Shown here piece by piece: positions 53,816 to 64,000 of a stretch of DNA of 64,000 nt. Where the stretch lies: NCBI GenBank assembly GCA_046563655.1, contig CM102290.1:14074001-14138000 (forward strand). Direction: 5' to 3'. The notes below the pieces were generated by a model. That model was given only the letters and a program-made list of their open reading frames with translations, was not told the DNA's origin and did no database searches. Positions within the stretch are counted from its first letter, which is position 1, and each line of letters opens with the position of its first letter. The DNA is from Yuukianura sp. NJ FZ-2021 (lineage: Eukaryota). The translations under genes were made by a program, and so were the position numbers.

Positions 53816-54128
53816 TAAGGTGCATCGCCTGTATGATTGGTTAGGCGCTCAAAAAGCTACGACCACACTTTTCGCATTAGCATACGCTGCTCCACATCGC
53901 AAAAGTTTGCGATCTAACGAATCTTCGACTGTTTCGCCGTAAAAAGCAAAGGAAGGCAGAAATCCGAGGATTTCTGAAACGTCTTCCAGAAAACCTATGT
54001 TTTCTGGACGAAGGGTCCTGTTTTCGTCAGATCGCAAAGTTTTGCGTTGTGGAGCAGTGTATGCTAATGCGAAAAGTGTGGTCGTAGTTTTTTGAGCGCC
54101 TAACCAGTCATAGACGCGATGCACCTTA
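53816..54128. mobile_element. MITE with ~110-bp TIRs, TA-flanked
   Basis: TAAGGTGCATCGC...GACCACACTTTTCGCATTAGCATAC... mirrored at ~54020-54128. Confidence 0.9.
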
Positions 54129-54549
54129 AGTCTTATGGGAAATTGCGTATAAGCGAATCTGTAAATCGCCTCATTAACTTTAATAATAAAAAGTTAACTC
54201 ATAATTAGGATTAGTATTAAAATTGGAAATTAATTGAGAGACACGACCTTAGGCGCCGGGGGCCTCATATACGAAGTTTTACGGTAGTATTTGGAGTAGA
54301 GAGGCGATGGTTTTTCAAACAGCTTGTGGCGGGATTCACATTTTTGAAATTTCAAGTGAAAAAACAGCTGTTCGGGCCTTTCCTATTCCTTGTGAGAGAA
54401 AGGGAATTGGTAAACTGATTGTTTTCTAATTTAAGTTACATAATTAATTAAGAATTGGTTAATCAAACTAACGATTAACGTTAACTTTTAACTGGCAAAC
54501 TATAGTAAGAATCTGGTTTTGCTAAAGTTGATTACCTCATACAACTATT

Positions 54550-54886
54550 ATGGAAGTGGTTGACACAAGTTCCGTTGCAGTATCTCGTATCGATATAAAC
54601 TCTGTAAGTAAATTGTCTCACGTAAATACCTCTCAATGGACCTTTCCTCAATTACTTAACTTGATCTCTAATTAATGGAATTGTTTGTTTTTAGGTGGAG
54701 GCATTAGAACACAAGAGACTGGCTAGTTTTGTAAATCACTTCATCACATCCACTGTTTCCTTCCTCAATACTTTTTCTAGGGACTGTGAAGAAAAGTTAG
54801 AGAAGATGCACTACCGTATCCAAGCTATCGACACACAACTAACCATTCTAGAATGTAAACTAAAGTCACCACAGTCAACTAATTAA
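54550..54886 (+). CDS. WASHC3: WASH complex subunit 3 (CCDC53), short 81-aa form; exons 54550-54603, 54695-54886
   Basis: IDINSVEALEHKRLASFVNHFITSTVSFLNTFSRDCEEKL...RIQAIDTQLTILECKL resembles the CCDC53 N-terminal coiled coil; AATAAA at ~54938. Confidence 0.88.
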
Positions 54887-55189
54887 ACTACAGTAATCCG
54901 ATAATCATGGATACGCCAATGTCAAGTTTTGTAAAAGAAATAAATCACGCGATCATTCATGAATTACCATATTGACCTTACTGCAACTATTATTTAGTTA
55001 ACCCACGATTAGAGAGCCAAGTAATCACTTGGCTCTCTAATCGTTCCTGTAAACTTTAGCGTTAAAATAACGAAATTGGAACTGAAGACAGACGGAATTT
55101 GGTGTCAATAAAAACCCAAAATGTAAACTTTATTGAAGTATCTCTATTCGAGTAACGAATAAAATGACGAATAGTACAAAGAGGATTCC

Positions 55190-55853
55190 TTAGAACTGGA
55201 TCATCTGGCCCTGTAACACAGAGAAGGGAGGATTTAGCTCAATGATTAACGTTATTCAAGATTAATGGCGATGTTAACGATTGATCTTACCTTCCTCTTC
55301 TTGTCACCTCCCAATTCAAAGTGCTTGCACCGTTTGAGTGGAACTTGTTTTCTGTATTTGCATTCAGAACATTCCATTCTTAGGACGATCTTCTTTGTAG
55401 TCTTAGCCTGAAATCAGCAATTCAGAACGATTTTATTAGACATTGATTATGAGAACGTTGATATCCAAAAGTTTTACTTTGCAATCATTAGCTTCAATTG
55501 GATCTGAATAATTGAGTTCCTAGTTAGTTGAGCTGTACCGATCAGTATCTGAACTAAATTAGTGATTTACCTTTTTACGGAAGATGGGTTTCGTTTGACC
55601 ACCATAACCTTGCTGTTTCCTGTCGTATCGCCGTCGTCCCTGGGCAGCACTACGCTCTTTGGACTTTTTATACTGCGTTACTTTGTGCAATTTGTGGACT
55701 TTGCACTTTTTGCAGAACGTTTTCCGCTGCTTCGGTATGTTTACCTAGGGAAATAGAAAACGTTTCAATTAAATGACCGTCCAATGTCAAATCCTGTCCA
55801 TTTTGGTCAATTCTGACCTCTTAGAAGTGACTCTACCTAGGTCAACTTACCAT
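55190..55853 (-). CDS. RpL36A: 60S ribosomal protein L36a (eL42); exons 55853-55851, 55745-55571, 55407-55290, 55210-55190
   Basis: [28 protein letters not shown]...[24 protein letters not shown]...[21 protein letters not shown]; not captured by the ORF track. Confidence 0.98.
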
Positions 55854-55957
55854 TTTGGTTAAACCGGTGAACAGAAACTGCTCGAATGACTGAATTAGTA
55901 ATTGACAATACACAGTCCAATAATTTACCAAGAGAGACACACTGCAGACAACCACAT

Positions 55958-55968
55958 GAAGAAAAGAG
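55958..55968 (-). promoter_or_regulatory. TCT initiator / 5'TOP tract of RpL36A
   Basis: Minus strand CTCTTTTCTTC starting a short non-coding exon that ends at G|GTAAAT (~55929). Confidence 0.75.
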
Positions 55969-56549
55969 TGTAGAGGGCCGGCGTGCTCCTCCGTGGTATC
56001 CTTGACAACCGTGGGCGGAGCATCGTTGTCAGGAGAAGGGGCTGGCTAAACCAGTCAATGCTTTGCGCAGGCGCAAATCTCACACGCAGAGCTTTTCTCC
56101 CTTTACTTTTCATAGACTCTCAAACCCCTGCTTTTCATCAAAAGTTAACCTGAAGCTCGTTAATTAAACGTTAATTCAAAAAATGAGTTTGGCAGAACGA
56201 CTGAGCAGGTCAAATGACAGGTCGATCCGGAGTTTGAGGTCAGGTCACCATGACCATTTTTTTGACTATGTCCATGGAGGGGGAGTGCGTCCTCTCCTCT
56301 ACTGCACGAGCTCTGGCAGAGAACAGAGACAGGCATTGGACGAAGCGGGTTCTTTTCTGCTCTTCAGTCGTCAGTTGCCCGTTGACAGAGTCAGAACCGA
56401 CAACCGCTCCGGAACTTCGTCACACGCGTCCAAACACTACCGCTCTACTACGGTAACTCCATACACAACACAGGCTCAAGCGTCCCGTGCCGGCGACATT
56501 CTAGGATTTGGACAGTGTTCCAGTCACTACTCACCTCTATCGATTCATC

Positions 56550-59061
56550 ATGAGTTCGAATAATGACAAGTCTGACGTAGCTGTCGATAAGGTAGAAGCT
56601 AACGATAACAATAAGTCTCCCGACACCAAAACACCGGAGAAAGGAGCCAAGAGACCTTCCGAGGTAAGTTGAATGTCAGCTCAAGGTTTTTAGCACGACG
56701 AATCGCGACGGCACGGTTTGCGGTGTTTTTGGTTATACTGTATTGTCGGCTTATTGTTCAAACAATTTTGGCGCGCGAATTGAAAAATGGGACGCTTTCG
56801 TGTTAACTTGTCAGTACCTAGCCAATGAGTTTGAGTTATTCCAAAAAGTTAATTTATGTTAGATTATACTACTGTAACATTATTATTTCATTTGAATCAT
56901 TTCATTAGTGTCCATTTTTGTCTAAAGAGAGGACCGTGGTCGAGGTTTTGAGTTGTAGAGGTAGCGGAATCGGCGTATTCCATTCTCCAATATAACTTGG
57001 AGCCAAGAACGGCGGAAACCAAAAAGCCGGATAAAAAGCTGAGAGGGAGGGAAGCAGCGGCGTCGGTGTAGAAGAGGCCGCTGGCCGGCCGGTAGATGTA
57101 GATGACTGACGAACGGCCATTCTAGTCACGGTTGAAGTGTGACGAACCAGGTCGTATGTTGTATACGAGCTGGTTCATCAGCATGGCCATTCGGCAGCAT
57201 CGGCTTTTTTGCATGGGCCGGACAGACGCGCTTCTCTCTGTATAGGGAGGAGGGGAGAGAAAGCCAGAGCGGGCTGGCAGTTGGATGGAAACCGGCTTGT
57301 TTCGATAGGAACGAGCCAGAGACGCGCGGGGAATTTGTTAACCCGCCGGGAGTGTCGGAAACCCAGAGCATAAGAGTAGGGTAGACCTATACTTACTCTA
57401 GAGTTGAACACTTACAAGCACTTCCAACGATCTGCCATCATGGATTCAACCACTAGACTTTACAGATTCCCCTTCCTTAAACGCTTGCTTCATAGAACCT
57501 TCTTTTTCGTAGCCTCAAACCATAGAACATTGAGCAATGCCTCTCTGCACTTCAACCGCCGTCACAAAAAAAAATCCATCGCAGCTTTCCATCCAACCGT
57601 ACACCTTTCCTTTCGTATATACACTATAGCCGTAATATTTCTTTTCCAAAAAGTCCAAATTTCAATCACTTTCTACTCTTCCGCTAGTCTATCATTTTGT
57701 AGGTTCGTTGGCTACCCGCTCATGAATTATGTCCAACGTCCTCTGTTGCTGCGTTACGTTTTAGCGTTATTATCAGGGTTGCCAAAAATATGTGCTAAAA
57801 ATACCGGCAGTAATTAATAAACTAAAAATATTTTTTAAAAAGATCGCCCAAATATTTACTTATTTAACATTAAGGCCATGGGTAAATTTATCTATTTATT
57901 TGCCCATGCCCTTAATATTTATAAATAAATATTTAATCAATTTATTTATAAATATTTTATAAATAAATTTATTTACAAATAAATACCTATTTAGTAACGA
58001 AAAATCGGCAAATATTTTTTATTAACATTACGGGGGGGAATGGAGACTAAATATTTTTGACATCCCTGATTCCTACTCGTCAATGGCTTACTACATGTTT
58101 TTAAGGAATGAGGATAAGCAAAGCGTGAGCGGGGAGGAGGGGGAGTAACTATATAAAAAACAAAACGCTCTCCTGACTCCTTTCACAATTTTTCCCGCCA
58201 AGATTTTTGCCTGTTTAGAAGTCAAGGTCTTCTGTGTTTTTTTCCTACTCCAAAAAAAAGCCGGTTCAAAGAACTTGTCTCCATCACCAACACTTACCCC
58301 TGTCTTTTTAAGACGTCCAAATATAGGAGCCATTACCTTTTACCTACTCACAGTTCATAATGCCCTAATACGTTTCTGCTCAGGATGTGAATCTCAAGTT
58401 TTTTGGGAGTCTGGTATGATATTACACTGCAAAAAAATTACTCTTGAATCATTTGGACTCAAGAGTCAAGATCATGAGAGCGTTTAGATTTTGCAATCTT
58501 AATCTCATACAATTCATTGGCTCCAACACGCTCTTTTTCTGAATCTGACCATAAAGTTCGAGACTTTTCTGGAACAGAGTACGAGAGGCATGCGAAAGTC
58601 TTTTTCGTTAGGTTTTAGGCATAACTACTGTTAACTGTTTGGTTTTAGTTCAGCGCCGGCGCGGGAGAATAGCCAAGTCGTTTATGAAACGTTTGATTGT
58701 CGTTTATTTTTTTTGTTTTGCAAAGTGCTAATTCTGTTATTGTTTGTGCAGGATAAAGGAGCGGAACCACCTAAGAAGGCCAAGACGGAAGAGAACGGAG
58801 AGGATGAAAATGTTGAAGATGACGAAGAGGACGTAGACGAAGAAGAGGAGGAGGATGAAGAAGATCTCGGAGGAGAAGGTATGTCACCAACTGGAATCTT
58901 CTGCTAAATCTACTTGTTTTTTCAAAAGTGCAAAGTTTTTGAAAAAGTCGTCATTAGACTTTTGAGTGACTAATTTTTGGTTGTTTTTGTTTTCAGAGGA
59001 AGAAGAAGAGGAGGATGGTGAGGGGGATGGAGATGGGGACGAAGATGAAGATGATGCATAA
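56550..59061 (+). CDS. Small, highly acidic prothymosin-alpha-like nuclear protein, 101 aa; exons 56550-56663, 58752-58878, 58997-59061
   Basis: MSSNNDKSDVAVDKVEANDNNKSPDTKTPEKGAKRPSE|DKGAEPPKKAKTEENGEDENVEDDEE...EDDA; strong splice sites, consistent phases, bipartite NLS-like KR...KKAK, no aromatic residues or Cys. Confidence 0.85.
56766..56779. promoter_or_regulatory. E2F-type site (TTTTGGCGCGCGAA) at the start of intron 1 of the prothymosin-like gene
   Basis: Matches the TTTSSCGC consensus; motif only. Confidence 0.45.
56927..57744 (+). ncRNA. Candidate large structured intronic RNA (unassigned family)
   Basis: GC-rich island with at least 8 hand-identified helices, G-U pairs favouring the + strand, outer closing stems and two perfect 11-12-bp long-range pairings. 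Confidence 0.55.
57774..58068. mobile_element. hAT-like MITE (family A, copy 2, opposite orientation)
   Basis: TIR CAGGGTTGCCAAAAATAT / ATATTTTTGACATCCCTG; AT-rich core; ends resemble 11585-11746; TSD not recognisable. Confidence 0.8.
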
Positions 59062-60526
59062 AGTTCCCGGGCATCTCCTCCCACAAACCAACCCGAAACC
59101 CTTACTATAAACGACGTTTAGTTGTAATTAACTTAAAATAAATTTAAATTTAAAGCAGGTTAAGTAATAATAACTATAAATTACAGTGGTTCACATGATC
59201 GGCAGCCCAATTTAACACGTCCGCGTACAAACTTTGAGTTGGACAGGGGCCGTACCTTTAAATTTAAAAAGAAAAACAAGTTTAGACTTAAGAAAAAAAA
59301 ATGAAAAAGTATTTTCTCCATGTCTCTCCCCCTAAAGGAAAAAAGAGGAATTTAATTTAATTCGTCAAAAGATACATTTTTTGGTACATTCTAAATTTAA
59401 TGAACCGGCTGTTTATTATTACTTTCTTTGTTTTGTTTTTATTTAAAAGACCTCAATTCTCATTTGTTATTTACACTTACAAAAGTTTATTGTTATTATT
59501 ATAATTTTAAACAGCACAAAATCATCACACTTTTTCCAAATTTTGATTATTCCTCATTCTTTCCTTTTTCTCTTATTTTAAACAAAAAGCATGTTAGACT
59601 GGTAGACAATTTCAATTGGTCTCTTTTCTATTCAAAAATGACAGGAAAAATACAATGTAAATGCAGATTACGATGTGAATTTTTAATTTTTATTAAACTT
59701 CATAGTATATCTCTTAACTACTGAACTTACAAAAAAAGAACGACGATTGATACATTCAGTCGTCGTTTTTTAAAACAAGTGGTCGAGTTCTCCCTTCCCT
59801 GTTTTGTACGCCTAGATTTTAAGAATTTTATCCTTAGCTATTATTATGGAGTTTTATTGTAGAAAAAAGTCTTTTTAGAAAATTGATTTGTTTTTGTTTA
59901 AAAAAAATTCCTAACTGTTACTTTTAGAGAGGAAATGAAAGAGGCATGTTGATCAGTAAAGGTTTTCCAGAAGAAAAAGAAGATTTCATATAATTTATTT
60001 CATAATATTCAATAACACCTTCAACAACGAATGTTTTTTAGAATTTTTCTTTCAGTTTGAAAAGCTCAGAATGTAAAATCTCATGTTCTAAAACAATCGT
60101 GAATTTTTTTATTCAACTCGCGCCGCGAAATTTTGACGTATAAATGCCGTGTACGAGTATATGTCTTGTTTGTCAAAAACCGAAACAACAAAATTTGAAT
60201 TAGCAATTTTGGCACTCATTTCATACACTTTTTAGCTTCGACATGCTGAAGAAGACTATTGATACGATTTTGTCTGTCTATCCGTCACGTTTTTTTTTTC
60301 ATTTTATATTGATACGACTTTGTCTGTCTGTCTGTCCGTCACGTTTCTTTCATTTTAAGACAATCAAGCGTCCTTTTGTGCGGAATATACTCGAAGAATG
60401 TAAAGTTCTAACAATGATTTTATTGAAAATAGTAAAACTGTTAAATATTTCTTCGTAAACTTTTTGTTTTTGCATTAACTCTTAAATCAATTTAGTAATG
60501 CAACTTTGATTGGGTTTAACTGTTGG

Positions 60527-63500
60527 TTAATTTGCCGTAGCAGCAGCTGTAGTTGGAGGTGGCTGAAGTCCTTGAACATAGACGAGCTGCGTAGTCGCAA
60601 ATTCCGCCTTGGCGCGCACATTCCTATTTTCATCATTGACAGCCTTTTGAAACGTTATTTGGAGTTGCGGCAGGAATGCTCGCAGATTGGGTCCGACCTA
60701 GTACAAAGTGAAAGTCACGTCAAAAATTAGTTTTTGTCAAGATCTATCAGAACGGTGACCTCTGACCTTTGGAAGTAGAATGGCAATGGCGTCCAGTACA
60801 GCGACTTTGACGTCGGGAGCATAACGGTCTCCTAGGATACGAATGAGCGGTCCAGTGACATGGATGACTGAAGGTTTGAGTGCTTCGGCATTGGCCAGCA
60901 CGACCAGTTCGCTCATCCCATTGGCTCCCTGCTCCTTCACTTCGGGCGGCCCATTCAAAATGGCTTCTCTGAACACTCCAAGCAGCGCTTTCACCGCCTA
61001 CAACAAAAACCAAACCATGTTTAAACACACTCCACGTACCATTTTCAAAATTGTCCACTCATTTTCAAAATTATAGGTTCAAAATTTTAATTTGTAATGC
61101 CATTGCATTAATTCGCGTAACACTACAAGTTCAACATGTTTCACTTGTTTAGTAAATCGATAATCGACTAAAAATCAACAACGCCTAAACTATGCATGTA
61201 CTCCACATTCATAAAAGTACACATGAAAACCAAACTTTTTAACACACTTTGTGGTCGTTCACGCTCCTTTCAAGTATTTTGACGTTAAAAAGAAACTTAC
61301 TTTGACGGAGGTGAGTCCCGGCAACTCAGTCTTGTCTTTCAAGTCACTCCGAGCAAACCGAATTGCTTGACGAATGTCTTCAACGTGGTCCATTTGATCT
61401 TCTCTCCCAACATGCTTAAATCAGCCAAAAAACAAAACATTAATTAATTTAATTAATTTGCATTTCGATTAATGACACACGCTCCAGTTTAGCCTTTGGT
61501 ACTTTCACCCCTTGCAGCAATGTTACATCCAAAGTCCAAATGCTCCCAGCATAAAAATCAATACAAATCAATATTTAAAATACAGGGAGAGGGAACGCCC
61601 AAACGCCCGGCCTGTTTCCACACTCCCGGCTCTAGACAAATAGTCTTTCACTTCATGCTTTTGATGTAAGCTTTTGTTAAGGATAGAGCTTAGATCGATT
61701 TAAGGTAGGTTTATAGTAAGGTTAACCTTAGTTAGGCTAATTGCGGTAAAGTTAGGGCAGGTTACGTTAGTAGTTTTCTGGGTTGGGACAAACCAAGAGT
61801 GCATCGGATGTAACCACCGTGTGGTTACAATGAAAAGGTCAGTTTTTTTTAATTGTTTGACCAATTAATGATTGCAACCACTTATAGAAGCAATAATCAC
61901 TTGGCGGTTATGAAAATGGTGATGGTGGTTACAGCGTGTGGTCGCAACCGATATACAGCTTGGTTTACATCCATCATCTCCCGGGTTGGTACATACTATA
62001 GAAGGTTATGTCAAAGTTAAGGCTAACTTAACGTCAAGATTAAGTCTACATTAATGTTGAGGTTAAGTTTAGATTAACTTTAAGGCTAAGTTTAGTTTAA
62101 CTTTGTTTACCTTGAGTACTGACGGAATAGCATCAGCTGTTGCATTGATAACTACTGGTTCTGGATCAATCATGAGTAGGATAAGAGCTCTTAGCAGAGT
62201 GCCAACATGTGGTTTGATATCAGCCTTTGTCTTGGCCAAAAAGCTCGACAGCAGTAGGACTCCAGGAACACGGTTGCCCTTCTTGACATGCTTACAACAA
62301 TCCAGTAGATCTTCAATTACCAGCCTCACTCCTAATTCATCTTCAACCGACAACAAAACGTTTTCGCAGTGACTCAGATCAGCGTCAAACGTTGAAGTCT
62401 CCAGTGACTTCTTCAAAGTAGCCACCAGTACTGGAAAGATCTTTGGCAGTTGACGTGACAAAGCCTCTCCAGCCACTGAGCACAGGATTCCAAGTGCCTT
62501 TAAGTTGGCTGGAGGTGCAATCAGCTGTGGAATCAAGTAGGGCATGACAGCCTTTGATTTGGCTTGAAGCACTTGACACAGTCCATCCAGAGCATAACTT
62601 CCCTCTTCCTCATCTTCCAACTTCTTCAACAGAAACGGCAGTATTTCATCCAGTGCTCGTGTTCCCACTGTAGTATGGAGACTTCCGAACGTTTGAGCAG
62701 CAGCACGTCGTACGAAAACGACTGGATCACAAAGTGCCTTTCGTAAAGTCGGGACCAAATTTTCAACAAAAGCTAAAACCATTTCCTTGCTCGTTGCTGC
62801 CATAATTTCTGACAATCCAATGCAAACTCCTTGTCTCTCTTCTGGTCTTGGACATTCCAGGCCCTTCTCCAGTATCGGTATAATTTCTGGAAGAATCTTC
62901 TCTCCTAACTTCCTCACGAGATCACCCAGTGTCCTGGCTGCTACATGTCTTTTGTCATGTGATCCACTTGCCAAGAAGTTGAGGATAAGCGAAAACAGAG
63001 TTGGCAGAATTTCTCTCAGAGTCTTTGGTGTATTGGCCACAATGACTTTCCAGACGTGAAGGGCCGCTTGACGAACCATAAGAGCAACATCGGATCGACC
63101 AAGATACAATCCCGCCAGAATTTGATCTCTTCGTTCTTGTCCCAGTTTTTCAATAATCAGAGTTTGTGAGCCTTCCGTTCCAAAGTTGTCATCATCTCCA
63201 GCTGATTCTGTGCTCATCTTTCCAGAAACTCCGGAGATTTTGTAGAGAAGATCACCGAGAAGTTGTACCGAAGAGTACCGAATTCTCCAGTTATCGTCAA
63301 AGATTCCTTGGCGTAGTTGTGGCAGCAGAAGAAGGATGGCAGTATCAGCATATCCAGTGACAATACGTTGTCCAGCACGCAGAGCCGTCTCTCTCACAAA
63401 CTCATTTTCATCTGCTAGAGCCTTTAGAATTGGATTGATAATTTCACCAATGTAGGGCACAAAGTCATTTTCAAACACCGTTGGCATGTAGATAAACATC

Positions 63501-64000
63501 ATCATGTAACCATCTCTCACATGAGGTGGTATATCATCAGAATCTGCTTTTCGGATAATTTCTACACACAAAAACACACAAAATTAAGATATTTTCTAAA
63601 ACACTTTTCTGAAAAAAAGTTTTTCCAAATTCTAAAAAGTTGTCTAACCTGGCATGAATCGCTCCAATTTGTCTACTCCAAGAGCACCAATGACTTCAGA
63701 GAGACCTTGAGCTGCTCCAGATCTATCCACAGAGTTAGTTTCAGAAACAAGAGTCTTCATCAACCATGGCAACAGATCGTCATAACTCTTTTCGCCCATT
63801 CCGCGAGTCATTGATCCCAGAGCCTTCGCCGCTACCGTCCGAACTTCCGGTACTGGATCGAGTAGTGAAGCACGAATTCCTGGCATCACATTTTTCAAAT
63901 ACGGCGCCAAATCTTTGTGATCCGTCAAAGAAAACATGTTTCCAATAATTTGACACGCGAGTCTCCTGTTCTCCGTAGATCGATCCAGAAAAGCTCTTTC
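60527..64000 (-). CDS. GCN1: eIF2-alpha kinase activator GCN1, 3' part (5' end outside window); last exons ~64000-63648, 63550-62111, 61415-61301, 60997-60767, 60696-60527
   Basis: LLDPVPEVRTVAAKALG, VDRSGAAQGLSEV, ALADENEFVRETAL, DDNWRIRYSSVQLLGDLL, WKVIVANTPKTLREILP, TGPLIRILGDR, FLPQLQITFQKA. Confidence 0.97.
61790..61966. mobile_element. Degenerate MITE in a GCN1 intron
   Basis: Imperfect ~28-bp TIR: AAACCAAGAGTGCATCGGATGTAACCAC versus reverse complement AAACCAAGCTGTATATCGGTTGCGACCAC. Confidence 0.55.

Noticed and set aside
55412..55495. Possible C/D-box snoRNA in an RpL36A intron (minus strand ATGATT...CTGA)
   Set aside because: Box C is non-consensus, the terminal stem is weak and no convincing rRNA guide was recognised
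56927..57744. Identification of the intronic element as RNase P/MRP RNA, 7SK, SRP RNA or telomerase RNA
   Set aside because: No P4 motifs (GGUCUGA...UCAGAC or GAAAGUCCCC), no GAUC/GAUC stem, no SRP Alu start and no CCUAA template seen on either strand; a covariance-model search is still needed

Overview
AT-rich, gene-dense eukaryotic genomic DNA with many short GT-AG introns, most likely from an arthropod (inferred from gene content, TCT/TOP, DRE and E2F motifs and AACCT repeats). There is no CRISPR, rRNA or tRNA. Seventeen protein-coding genes were reconstructed by eye: PIBF1-like (C-terminal half), DUF4291, cytidine deaminase, TBC1D7, UAP1/mummy, an 11-finger C2H2 protein, EXOC3/Sec6, CDC16, CPEB1/orb, NADK2, an MRG-family protein, CABLES, ATP7, NCAPG, a short WASHC3/CCDC53, RpL36A, a prothymosin-like acidic protein, plus the 3' part of GCN1. 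About ten MITE or foldback elements and several minisatellites lie between and within genes. The strongest unexplained signal is an ~820-nt GC-rich, heavily base-paired element with non-nested long-range complementary boxes in intron 1 of the prothymosin-like gene, a candidate novel structured RNA. Also notable are a 48-nt UAP1 exon at the position of the vertebrate AGX2 insert, a bacterial-type DUF4291 gene, and several apparently truncated conserved proteins. Gene identities come from recalled motifs and no searches were run; exon boundaries are manual and approximate.
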